From: Vitrella brassicaformis CCMP3155
Taxonomy: Eukaryota; Protista; Chromerida
Direction: 5' to 3'
Assembly (NCBI GenBank): GCA_001179505.1
Contig: CDMY01000246.1
Span: 1 to 64,000 of the forward strand
DNA: 64,000 nucleotides
Position numbers and translations under genes: made by a program. Position 1 is the first letter of the stretch; every line of letters begins with the position of its first letter. Below are positions 1-11,860 of this stretch, piece after piece. Below the pieces are notes generated by a model that ran no database searches, was not told the origin of the DNA, and saw only the letters and a list, made by a program, of their open reading frames with translations.

Positions 1-143
1 GCGTGTGTGTCCTGCCTGAATCCTCCGTCGCATGCTTACGTGTGGTCTGAGTCCCCTGTGGTACGCCCCCATGACCTCCAGCGTCTGACGCACCTGACGC
101 TCGTCGGCGTCATTCCTCACCTGACCACACACACACACACACA

Positions 144-177
<34 letters not shown>

Positions 178-945
178 GACCGCAGCGGCAGGCACCACAC
201 ACACGCCCCGCCAATGGTCTGTCTGTCTGTCTGTCTGCCTGTCTGTCGATCTTGCCTGTGTGATGACGTATAGGGCGAAGAGGCTGCAGAGGTCAAGTAT
301 CGGGTTGACGGATGAGTCCACCACATACAGACCGCCGTCAGGCCCGCGACGAAATAACACCTAATCGGACACAACACAGCCCGTCACGTCACACGGCAGC
401 AACATCTGTTATTTTCATGTGTGGGTGTGTGGGTGTGCCCAGTGAATGGCTTAAGCTGATGTGCTCACGTCGTTGAGTGCGCAAGACACCTTCGGCTTCC
501 CCTGTGGCCTGTCCACACACACACACAGACACACAATGACACAATGACAAGTAGTGGACAAGGGATGAGCCATCGAACCAAGGCATCCGGACTGACCTAT
601 GCGCGTCGGCTGACGATGAGGCTGCCGCCGACGAGAGGGCCTGACACAGGCCAAGGACCGCATCATGAGAGAGAAGCACACCACATCAGTCAGTGCATTC
701 AATGCCATTCATCCACTGCCCAAGGCGCCTGTGTCTCCCGGGTGTGTGTGTATGGTTCTCACGGCGTGATCTCTCTGCTGCGTGCGCCTCTGCTGCTGCT
801 GCCGCCCATTATTGTTGTGGTGCTGCTGGCGGGTCAAGAGCACATAGACGCTGATGAGGAGGAACAGGGCGGTCCACACGATGGCGGACAGCGTCGACTT
901 GTCGGCGTTCTGCAGCCACCGATGCAGATCTGCTGCCAGCGACAT
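1..945 (-). CDS. PEX22: PEX22-like peroxisomal membrane anchor, 5' part; runs off the left edge; multi-exon
   Basis: ATG at 945 gives MSLAADLHRWLQNADKSTLSAIVWTALFLLISVYVLLTR (N-terminal TM anchor). Joining downstream exons gives PILDLCSLFALYVITQ|VRNDADERQVRQTLEVMGAYHRGLRPH. From memory this resembles the plant PEX22 core (LEITKFCDLYLMERVLDDESEKKVLLALE). Middle exons are uncertain. Confidence 0.5.
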
Positions 946-1108
946 CGAATCACTCACACCGTGGGGCTCCTATGTGGCACGAGCGAACAACCGTTTGCTC
1001 CGTGAAGAAGATCATCCTTCAAGCTCGCAATTTTAAGCTCGCGCGTCTCGAAGGAAAAGAGGAAAAGAGGCAGAGGGAGCCTCCCCGCAGTGTTTGGCCA
1101 TCGCAAGA

Positions 1109-2780
1109 ATGTCGATGCAGCTGACCTTCATCAACCAAGTGACGGGCCAGACCGGCGCCCTTGAGCTGCCCGACGACATGGCCGTGTCAGCTCTGCCTAC
1201 CCTCCTGGAGGACCAGCTTGCCATCCCCGCAGCCCAGCAGGCCTTCGTCCACAACGGGAAGCCGCTGGTGCCCACCCAGACGCTCAAGGAGGCAGGATTG
1301 AGCAACGGGGAGCTCGTCATGGTGGTCGATAGGCGCATGCTGATGGCCCAGAGACCCGCCAACCCCCCAATGGCGAGGGCAGGCGCGCCAGCTGCAGCTG
1401 GTGGTGGTGCTGGTGCATCCTCCTCGGCCTCATCAGGTAGGTACGGGCACACATACGGGAATGGACGTATGTGTGTCCACCGTTTCCCCTTGTGGTGGGT
1501 TCTGTCTGTCAGGGTCTGCCGGTGCCAACCCGTTGGCGGCGTTCGACTTCAGCCGGATCAACGTCAACCGACAGCAGCAGCAGCAGCGACAGCAGCAGCC
1601 CCAGGCGCCGCAGGAGCTGCCCCCCGAGCACTGGGAGCAGCTGGCGCAGCGGTTCATCCAGGCCAACCACCCCCGCAACGACCCCCACGCCTACGGGACC
1701 CTCGTGTCGATGCACCCGCCATTGGCCGACGCCGTCAAGAGGGATGACCTCAAGGAGGTCTCGCGGTTCATGCGCGAGAACGCCGAGCGTCATTTCAAGG
1801 CCGAGGAGGAGCGGCTGCGTCAGATGCGGCTGGCCGCCGAGGACCCGTTCAACCTGGAGCTGCAGCACCGGGTGGAGCAGGAGATTTTGGAGAAGCGCGT
1901 CGACGAGCAGTACGAGATGGCGCAGGAGCATATGCCTGAGGCCTTCGGGCAGGTCTTCATGCTCTACATCGACTGCGAGATCAACGACATCCCTTTGAAG
2001 GCCTTCGTCGACAGCGGGGCGCAGAGCACCATTATGTCGGTCAAGTGCATGGAGCGCTGCCACCTCGGCAAGAACCTCGACAAGAGGTTCGCTGGCATCG
2101 CCAAGGGCGTCGGCACCTCCAAGATCGTCGGCCGCATCCACATAGTCAAGATGAAGCTCGGCAATGGATACTTCCCCTGCTCCATAACCGTACTAGAGGG
2201 TCAGCTCCCTGCCTCCCACACATGACACACACACACACACACAGACACGCTGGATGGATGGATGGATGTGTTTCTCTGTTGTCTTCCTGTCTGTGTCTGT
2301 GTGTGTATCTAAGATGACAAGGTGGATTTCCTGTTTGGCTTGGACATGCTGCGTCGGCACCAGGCCATCATCGACCTCAAGGCCAACGTCCTGCGGGTCG
2401 GCGACGAGACCGTCCCCTTCCTCTCCGAGGCAGAGGTCGGCGGCACCGCATTCGGCGGATGGGACAGCCCCACCCAACGAAAATCGGAGGGAGGCGGGCA
2501 GCCCAGCGGCGCAGCCAACACCACCGGTGGTGCGGCCGGTGGCCCGTCCACCAGCAGCACCACAAGTGCATCGGCTGGGGCCGCCCCTCCAGCCGCCGCC
2601 GCCGCCGCTGCTGGAGCTGCTGGAGCTGCAGGTGCTCAAGGGGGCAGTGCAGTAGAGCAGCTGGTGGGTTTGGGTTTCTCGCGCCAGGACGCCGAGAACG
2701 CGTTGAGGAGTGCGGGGGGCAGTGTGGAGCTCGCGGCGGCCCTGCTGTTCGAACAGCTGCAGGCTAGCACCATGCGATAG
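1109..2780 (+). CDS. DDI1: DNA damage-inducible protein 1 (UBL - helical - retroviral-like aspartyl protease - UBA), 3 exons
   Basis: N-terminal ubiquitin-like domain ([11 protein letters not shown]...FVHNGKPL). RVP motif [30 protein letters not shown], then [10 protein letters not shown] and [19 protein letters not shown]-terminal UBA ([33 protein letters not shown]). Introns ~1438-1512 and ~2210-2313. Confidence 0.95.
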
Positions 2781-4441
2781 ACACACAGACAGATCGATGC
2801 ATGTGGATGGAGGGAGGGACCAGACAGGCAGACAGACAGACAGGGAGGGAGGGAGGTATCCATCCCCTTCCCCTGCCCTCCCCAGGATCGAGCTTGCACG
2901 TGGCTGGTGGCATGGCATCAGTATGTGGCTGTGGTGCCTGAGTGGTTGGCTGTGAATTGGTCGGCCGGTGACTGACTGTCTGGCTGGCTTGAGTGAGGTT
3001 CGTGAGCGTGTGTTGTGTTGTGTTGCGCTGTGTTGCGCTGTGTTTGAGTGACCGGACGACAAGACAGGACAGCCTTATTTGTCAAGGGCAGACCAGACCT
3101 CGCGCATCTTCATGGGACCACGATGTTGTCTGTCTCCACGAAAGGGACGCACTGGCGCCTGACACTTCACGGCGATGCAACGAGCCGTGTCAGAGTCCTC
3201 TTTGTGCGATGAATGCAGCAGCTGATGATTGCTAGCGCGAGGGCCCCGGCCGGGCCCGAGCGCCGTCTGACTCAACCGGTGCGGGATTCACTGCAATGAC
3301 CCAGCTCTCGGAAGTTATGTAGCCCAGGTCGACACACAGCCTAGGTCAGCTGCAGATGGAGGCAGCCATCGTGCCAAGACTCACATTTGCCACTGTTCCT
3401 CTCACTGTTCCTCAGGTGTCGTCCACTGAGTCTATCGCGGGCCCATGTGCAGCTTAACGTTATCGCATCGCCCGTCACTTGTGGGGATGCGGCAGGGGAT
3501 TAATTAAATGAGCTGTGCTCACGTGATGCGTGCTGCGATTGATCAGCAAGGAGTGGGCCCCGGCTGCTCTTAGTCTTTGTTGCGGTGGAGGCAGGCGGGC
3601 TGTGTCTCGCTTCACCCATTTCTCTCTCATGTGTGTGGATGAGATGAGAACACTGATTCCATGTAGGCACAGAAATCCTGCTTTGCTTTGCTTTGCTTTG
3701 TCGCCAGCCAGAAGATACCTACGTACCTTACGGCAAACACTTGTCATTTCGCATGAGTGTGGTGTGGATGGCCGGAAGGGTCCTCTCTCTCTCTCTCTCC
3801 ATCCATCCATCCATCCAAATGAGGATACACCACCCTCCACAGAACCACACCACACACATACGCCCACACGCACACACACACACCTAAACGACAGACCCAC
3901 GCAACGTGACAGACCGACCTCTATCTCTCCAGCTATAGGAGCCTTAGCTATCTGTCCACCCTGAGACACGCACAGGGGAAGAGTTGGGACGAGCCGATGC
4001 TCAATAGAGCATTCCATTCATGTGAGTGATTGACCATACTGACTGATAATCAGACAGACAGACAGACAGGCAGGGAGGGAGGGAGTCAGGGAGGGAGGGG
4101 GGTAAAATGGCACACACAAGAGATGCCGCGCCCCGGTGCGTTGGGTCGTCATCCACAGGTACTACAGACGACACGACAGACAACATTGCGATCGACCTAC
4201 GCACGCTCACGGTCACGGGGTGGCCGGGTGGGGAATTAGTTACATCAACAAACAAACAAACAGCAGGATATATGCGATGATGCATTGCGATAATAATATA
4301 CTGGCCACACACTGACTGACTGACTGACACGGGGTCGGTCGGTCGTTTAAACACATTCCATGGCATCCATCGCACGTACACACATACGCAGAAAACATGA
4401 AAAGGCGGACAGACAGACAGGCAGGCAGGCTGACTAAAGAA

Positions 4442-7400
4442 TCACTCGCTCTGGTAGAGGTACCTGCAGTCAACGCACACAAACCACACACACCGACCAT
4501 GGAGACTAATCGCCCCATATGTGTGTGCGTGTGCGTGCTGACCCATAGTAGACGAGCTGTTTCTTGCTGCCGCACTGCTTGTCAGTCCCCGGCACACGCA
4601 CGGCCCTCACACGGAGGGTGGCGTCAGTGCCGCCACCAATGGTGCACCTCTCCTTGTTGTCCAGCACAGCCTTGCTCTCCGTCACGGCCTTGTTGCTGCT
4701 CTTGTCCACGCAGCTCAGGTCAAGGTTAGCCCACGTCTGACCCTTCTCCGCACGAGGATCAAACCTACACAATCACACACACACACACACACGAGGATAC
4801 CTCTCCCTGTGTCTCTCTCTCTGTGCGGTAGCAGACAGACTCACCAAAAAATGACGGCAGTGAGTTTGCCGACGTCCTCATCCAGTGGGCCGACTTCGAT
4901 GTCCACCTCCTCGCCATCCGCCACACACATGGTTCCGAGCGCCACGCCAGCCGGCTCCTTGAGCTTGTCGAATCGCTCTGCCTTGAGCACGCCGCCGCCG
5001 TAGAGTCGGTCGAAGCCGTGGTCGAGGAACTTGTCCTTGCCGGCCTTGAAGTTGGTCTGCAACAGGGTGGCCACCATCATGACGCCGGGGTCGTGGACGT
5101 CTTTGCCGAAATCAGACGACAAATACCTGGAAGGGGAAGGAGACACACACAACACAACACATGGATCTAGGTGTCATGTGTGTGTGGTTCGACCCCACCG
5201 ACCAGTCTGAGAAGAGGGCAGCGTATCCGGCCATGACAGGTGAGGCGAAAGAGGTGCCGCCGCCGTCAGCGAGGTACTTGCCGTCCTTATCGTACATGGA
5301 CGTGTACAGCCCCTGGCACACCACATCAACGATCGACCGATCCGTCTCGTAGTCGCCCTCAGACGAAAAGTAACTAAGTCACACACACGCAAGCAAAAGC
5401 ACGTCCGTCTCTGAGGGAGGGCATCCATCGTGTGCTCTCTGCTGCGCTGTGTGTGTCGGGTCAGGCGTACGAGATTTCCTCGCCGACGCAGTTGGTGCCT
5501 TCTTCGAGGTCCTCGAATCCTCCCAGGCTGCCGACGGTGAGGACGGCGTGTGCCATGCCGGGCGAGGCGGCGCTGCAGGTCTCGGCGTCCACCGCGTCAC
5601 GCTCGTTGCCGCTCGCCGCGATGAGCAACTTGCCGTTCTTGAAGAAGGAATTGCCCACCTTGCTGCCGCCGTCGGTGCCCAAGCAGTCCTTCTCGTAGCC
5701 ACCGGCCGAGAAGTTGATGATGTTCGGGCACTGGGCTGCATTGCAGCCAAACCAGACACATCCGTGCAGACAACAGACACCGTGTGTGTATTGTGTGGTT
5801 GGGGGGTGAGTAAATGAATACTCACTGTGTTTTTTGTCGCAGGCGAGCGTGGCGTCGAGTGCAGCGGCGAGGGACGAGTCGAATCCGCTGGTTTGGTAGT
5901 GACAGAGGGAGCACTTGGGGCAGACCCCCGTGTGCGCCTTGTTCCAGTCGTCGTCGACCTCCTCGTACTCGCTGGTGGCCTGGCCATTCATGGCGTCCCC
6001 GGCAGCCAGGCCCATGACGTTGGTGGCGTGCTCCGACTCGTCCTTCTCGTCGTAGGTCTTGACCTCCTTGCAGCCCTTCTCTTCGTCGATGCAGTTGTAG
6101 AGGTACCCGCCCTTGGGCGCCGTGAAGCGGAAGGGGCCGCCAGCGCTCGCCCGGAAACCCATGTGCTCGTTGTTGACGCCACTGTCGCTGATGTAAAAGG
6201 GCACCTGAGCGACAGACATGACACATTGGTCTCATCTCATCCTCTGCGTGTCGTGTTTGTGTCACCGGCGTACCTCTGCAATGCCGAGAGGGACGTTCTC
6301 CCTGCCGTAGTAGGTGCCGGCTCCGTTGTAGTCGGGGTAGAACTTGTCGAAGTGGTGAATTTCATTGCGGTGGCGGCCGTCACACACCAGCCGGCGACGG
6401 GGGGCGCCATTGGCGTCGTCTTTTCCCGCTGAGAGCTGCCTTCGGTCCTGGCTCATGGCGACTTCATCTGTTGGGGTGGCTGGCGTGATGATCTCCCTCT
6501 TGACGTCCTCGGCGATGAAATCGATGTCGGGGTGGGCTGTCAGCAGCTCCTCAATCTTGCCTGACGCACACAGATACATAGAGGAAGGACATGAGGGAGG
6601 GAGCACTCTAGTGTGTGTGTGTGTGTATGGGCGGGGCGGGTATGGGATGGATGTACTTACCGATTTTGAGGTTGGCCACGACGATGGGAGTGTACTCGCC
6701 CGACTGCAGCACCTTCCCCTTTAGTCTGTCGATGCCGTACTTGATGGAGGCCACCCGCATGGCGGTGTCGTTGCCCCTCCCGTCCATGATCCTCTCCTTG
6801 CAGTCCCGCAAGTCCGCCATCGTCCTCACCTCCCCCCTGCCCATCGAGCGCTTCAGCTGGTGCTGCACGTCCATGCTCGTGTCGGTGCGGCCCCCGAACA
6901 CCAGCAGCTTCAGGGCGTGGCCCTCGTCACTCGGACTCCGCTTGCCGTCCTCATGCTCCTGCCGGAACTGGTTGAGCTTGGCCTGCAGCGATGACGCCAC
7001 GCGCATCTCGTCACCCTCCTCTGCCAGGGAGAAGGCAGCGCCTTTCTTGGCAGCGAATGGCAGCTGCTGAAAAGCGGCGGCCTCAGCCGCCAGCCACTCG
7101 GCCTGCTCGTTCTTGTCGGCCTGGCGGAAGGGGAGCTCCACGATGGTCTGGGTCATGGTGGTGTCGCCCTCCTTGCTGATGGTAAGGCCCTCCATGCTGG
7201 CATAGCGCAGGCCACTGGGGGAGTCGACCGCCTCGTACAGAGGCACCTTCGGCGGCGTGTCCAGCACACCTGCAACACACGGAGAGTGTCGGGGCTGTCA
7301 CTCACTGCCTCTCTCTCGGCCCTCCCTCCCTCCCTCCCTCCCTCCATTTCACCGTTTGCCACCATCTCCTGCTGCGACACGTAGAAGTTGACAAACGGGT

Positions 7401-7536
7401 GTTTGAAGGGCGCCTCTCCCTTCTGCTGCTGTGCCTCCCCGGCCCGGAGAGAGGCGTCATCTACTGCTTGTGCCCGGCAGCAAGGTGATGACGCGAGTGC
7501 GATAAGGCAGCAGCATAGCAGGGCTGCCCTCGTCAT
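4442..7536 (-). CDS. Secreted subtilisin-like serine protease (family S8) with signal peptide and prodomain, multi-exon
   Basis: Signal peptide MTRAALLCCCLIALASSPCCRA. Catalytic motifs: FYISDSGV (Asp), EHATNVMGLAAG (His), LIAASGNE (oxyanion Asn), GGTSFASPVMAG (Ser). Also SYFSSEG...VDVVCQG. The last exon reads YGYLYQSE* with the stop at 4442-4444. Confidence 0.9.
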
Positions 7537-7867
7537 CTATCTGACGCCTCACAGGCTCCCTGCTCACTACCGCGGCTGTGACGTCGGCGTCTGCTGGGAG
7601 GGAGGGAGGGAGGGAGGGAGAGAGAGGGAGGGAGAAAGAATTTGTCCGATTGCCGTTGTGTGTGTGAGATCATCATCCTGGCCAGAGGCAGCTTTCCATG
7701 CCTTCGTTGGGCAGTGTTGATACTGGTGAAGCTGCTGTGACAGAGGGAACTCAGATCCCGACACGTCACCTTGCAAGTGCACTCGCATCCCGCTGGTTCC
7801 TCCGTCTGCGAGCTGAGCTTGCAGACGAAAGATCCTCCCCCGCAAGGCACAAGGTTCGCCAGGCAGG

Positions 7868-8044
7868 ATGTTCGACGATTTCGATGGCATCGTCCCCCCT
7901 CCCGACCCCACACTCAAAACCCACGAGAAGGACGGAATCGATGTCAATGCACCGCCTCCTCTCGCCCTCACCTTCTCCACCGGCACACTCATGGTCGTGG
8001 CCGCCCTCATCAGCATATTCCTGGCGTGGTGGTTCCACCGATAG
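7868..8044 (+). CDS. Putative 58-aa small ORF/uORF with a C-terminal hydrophobic segment
   Basis: MFDDFDGIVPPPDPTLKTHEKDGIDVNAPPPLALTFSTGTLMVVAALISIFLAWWFHR*. It is just below the ORF-track cutoff and ends 16 nt before the WDR13 ATG. Confidence 0.35.
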   Translation: MFDDFDGIVPPPDPTLKTHEKDGIDVNAPPPLALTFSTGTLMVVAALISIFLAWWFHR

Positions 8045-8060
8045 ATAGCCATAGATATCA

Positions 8061-10866
8061 ATGCATCTCGAGAGGCACCAGGCAATGGTGGGTGAGGGCG
8101 GCGGTGCTTTGGTGGAGCCGCAGATGGTGTGCCGCATCTACATGGAGCAGAGGAGGATGCTGCTCAGGGCCGTGCACACCACAGGGGAGGAGAGAGGAAC
8201 CTCACAAGCACAGGTCAGCTTCGGACACACTCAGCAGACAGTCAGGGACTGACTGCCTGACCCTTTCAACCCATGTGTGTGTGTGTGTGTGTGTGTCGAT
8301 TTCAGGCCGCTCCTGTGTCGGTGTCCAACCGGGTTGACCCTCAGAGTGCCTATAGCATCCTTAGGCAACAGCTCATCCAAGGTAGGTCCGTTCACTCGGC
8401 TCTCGAACGTACAAGCTCACACCGGCCACTGTGCCACTGCGATCTCTCCCGAATGTGGCGGCCACTGTGCCACTGTGATCAGCCTCCCATCGATGGCGGC
8501 CTCATGACGAGTGTCTGCAGCGTCCAGCGAAGGGCGGCAGAGATCGGGATATAAGTGCCGATACCGAGTGGGTGGATGTGGCGCCGTCCGAGGTCGAGGG
8601 CGAACCTGTAGCCGCACCATCGTCTGGTGTGGTTGGAGACCCCACATCCACCTCGACATCTAGCGACTCGGTGGAGGGGCAGACGGTGAGTGACATAGAG
8701 CAGAGAGCAGAGAGCAGATGGCAGATGACACCAGAGAAATCAAGGGCCAAACACCTTGGGGTGTATGTGTGTGTGTGTGTGTGTCTCAGAGTGCATCTTC
8801 GTCTTCGTTTTACCTGGTTGGCGGCATCCACCACATCTTCCACGAGCACAGTGACGCCATCACGGCAGTCGCATTCGCGAGGGAAAACCCAGACCTACTC
8901 GCAGCTGCTTCCAAGGTAGGATAATGGTCTGTCTATGCCTGTGTTGGTTGGATGCAGCCAGCATGACTTTGGCCCTCATCTGTGTCCGTGTCCGTGTCGT
9001 GTGTCTTAGGATGGGTGTGTGAGTCTGTGCACCGTCTTACGCGACCCCCGTATGCTGCACCGACTGGAGGGACACGACAGCGGTCAGTAAGATGGGATGG
9101 ATGCGATGCGCCTTGGTTGGTTGCGTACGTGTGGCTGTCATGTCATGTCATGGGTGTCTGATCTGAATGTGCAATGTGCAGGCGTCTATGACGTCGAGTT
9201 CAGTGCCCAGAATGAGTATCTAGCCACGGCTTCCGACGACCACACCGTCCGGGTGTGGAAGGTGTCGTCAGGACACTGCCTCCGGATCCTCCAGGGCGAC
9301 GCGGTGCGGTGGGCAGGAAGGAATGCTCTAACTAAGGCACAGCACACACCACACGCATTGCATTCTTTCTGTCGATCTGTCTGTCGCGTTGTCATCCCAT
9401 CCACCAGCCGTTTTGGGTTTTGCGGTTCCATCCAGTCAACTCGAACATACTCGCTGTAGGCACAGGCAGACAACGGACACAGACACACACAGACACAAGG
9501 TGTTTCTGTGCATATTGCTTGCAGTGCGGTGACGAGCGGGGCCTCGTTCGGCTCGTGAACGTCAGCACTGGACTCGCCATCTGCAGATACGCGGTGTGCA
9601 CCCCGCCCCCCCCTTCCCCTCTTCCCCCCCCCCACACACACACATGTAGAGAGATTAATAGACGCGAGCAGACAGCATCCGTCCGTGTGTCATGTTCTGT
9701 TGCTGGTGCAGACATCCTGTGCTGTGACGGCCATGACGTTCGACCACACGGGGAGCTGTCTGTTCGTCGGCAACTCCAAGGGCCGCATACACGTGGTGCT
9801 GCTGCACACCGTGTCTGACGCCAGAATTCTGCAAAACGTCAGCCTCACTAAGGTTGCCAACGTCACCATCACCCCAGCACCGCCACCATCACCATCGTCG
9901 TCAGGAAGAGGGCAGCGGTGCTGCGAGTCCGCTGCCGCCGTCCCGATGTCATTCACCTATACGCCGTGGCTGCCGTCACGTAGGCCAGCAAGACAGGCAC
10001 ACGTGTGCCACCCCTGTAATTAATGATGGTCCATCGGGTGTCCTGCCTGCCTGTGGGTGTGGTGTATGTCTGTGCACTGCAGTGAGCAGCCCTGCCGTCC
10101 TCGCCCCCTGCCGCGACCAACAGGTCCGCGTCTTCTCTGTGACGTCAGCCAAACCCCTTGAAGCACAGACCTCCTCCCTCGATGTGCGTAGCATGAGCAG
10201 CGCCAGCCCATCATCGGGATCGTCCCGTGATGTCCGTCAGGCCGCCCCCTACTCGGGCGTGGTTGGCCGCGTGCGGCTGGCCCTCGACACTCCCGAGGAC
10301 GGCAGGGCCAGGTGGGACTTTTGTGCCAGGGCGCCTTGCTGCGGTGAGCGATACATGACGGGAGGGAGGGAGGGAGGGAGGGCGGTGGATGGCCACGTGT
10401 GTGTGTGTGTTGTGCAGTCGGTGGTGGTGCGGACGGGACAGTGTATATCGTGGACTTGCTGAGGCACCGCACCGTCACTAGTGTAAGTGGGTGACATGAG
10501 GGAGGGAAGGGGCTGGCTGGGCGACTGGAAGGTGGGATGGATGGCCATTGTTCATCGGTGTGTGTGCGTGGACTGGACAGCTGTCTGCCCACAGCACCTC
10601 CGTCTCGTGTGCTGCGTGGTCATTCGGCGAGAACATCCTCGCCACGGGAGATGCTTCCGGGGTAAGTAACCTATGTGTGTGCGCATCTTTCTATCCATTC
10701 TGTCTGTCTGCTCGGGTGTGTGTGTGTGTTCATTCAGTGTGTGATCCTGTGGTCTCGCTCGGCCCAGTACTCCCGCCACCTGCGTGACCCCTGCAGCTTC
10801 ACCCACCCCCTGACCATGACAGATGAGGACATCCACACCATCACGGAGGAATCGGTGGCCGAGTGA
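8061..10866 (+). CDS. WDR13: WD40-repeat protein, WDR13 orthologue, multi-exon
   Basis: N-terminal IYMEQRRMLLR and YSILRQQL match the WDR13 N-terminal helices. WD repeats: GGIHHIFHEHSDAITAVAFARENPDLLAAASKDG; VYDVEFSAQNEYLATASDDHTVRVWKVSSG; FHPVNSNILA; AHSTSVSCAAWSFGENILATGDASG|CVILWSR. Confidence 0.85.
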
Positions 10867-11807
10867 TGGATGGATTGATTATCGGGGATAGGGCGGGCGG
10901 GCGGCGATTTGGTAGTTGGGAATCTAAGCTTTTTTTTGTTGTGACATTGGCATATTGGCACTAGCAGCTACTAGCGAGCTGCGATAGTGATGTACGGTGC
11001 GGTGGTGCGTGCCTTGAGGCTGGTTGGTTGACACACATAATAAGTACTTACACGCAATGCAAGTCACTGGCTTCACACATCGATCTCAGAGCCACGCAGG
11101 CATAGCTGTCACCTGGCACCCATCCATCCTGTGATATCAAAAACATCACCTAAATGCCGCCCGTCAGTCTTTCTCGCTCTCATTCACTCATTCAGGCCGG
11201 GAAGGGAAGCTACAGAGAAGGAAAGAACGAACGGCGCATTGCAATGCGTGCATTGACTACGGACAAGGAGGGAGGGAGGGTGGAAGGAAAACTCACTCAC
11301 CGCGACCCGTGCCAAGTAAGAGTCAGCACGCCTCATGCAATCGAATCAACCAACAGCTGGGCCCTCTCCTCTCACACACCCAGTGAGTCGATCGGGATCA
11401 CGCTCGTCCACCAGATGTTTGCGCACCCGCCCGACGAAGGGCAGCTGCGCGAGCGTCTCGAAGACAAACTCGATCACCTACCACCCAGCAGGAGGGAGAG
11501 GGCACGCGAGCCACGAGCAAAAGGGGTGAAACCGCCAGGTATGAAACAAGCAAGCATAGAGGGAGGGAGGTCATTCCGGAGTTGCACAAATAGCCGACAA
11601 AACATTGTGTGCCCACGAGGGACGGGGGGAAAGGAATCGAATCAAGCCAAGAGAGTCCATGGACGGAGGGAATGGGCGAGAGAGACAGCAGCCAGCCAGC
11701 AGGTACGGTACGGTACGGTACGATAGCCCGACAGCCCCCCTTTACAAAAAAAGGAACTCAAAGTCAAAGAAGCCCCCAAAACAACACCCCGCCCAGCCAG
11801 TAAGCAA

Positions 11808-11860
11808 TGCCCCTCCCCTCCTTGCCCTCCCCGCCCTCCTTGCCCTCCCCGCCCTCCCCT
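11808..11860. repeat. Short tandem repeat (~18-nt unit CCTCCTTGCCCTCCCCGC, about 3 copies) just past the ABHD17 stop
   Basis: Visible tandem copies in lines 11761-11821. Confidence 0.7.

Noticed and set aside
1509-2141. Long antisense or alternative-frame ORFs (also 5827-6432, 12472-13020, 18941-19795, 37870-38523, 56504-57016, 58643-60052)
   Set aside because: These are shadows of real GC-rich coding exons on the opposite strand or frame, or read-through across microsatellite introns (CVCVC/THTHT runs). They show no independent motifs.
1920-2210. Retroviral-type aspartyl protease motif (DSGA) suggesting an LTR retrotransposon
   Set aside because: It is flanked by UBL and UBA domains in a spliced gene, which is the standard domesticated DDI1. 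There is no RT, integrase or LTR.
2990-4400. ORFs of 126-180 aa in the DDI1-subtilase intergenic gap
   Set aside because: They are dominated by microsatellite-derived residues, with no coherent exon chain or recognisable motif.
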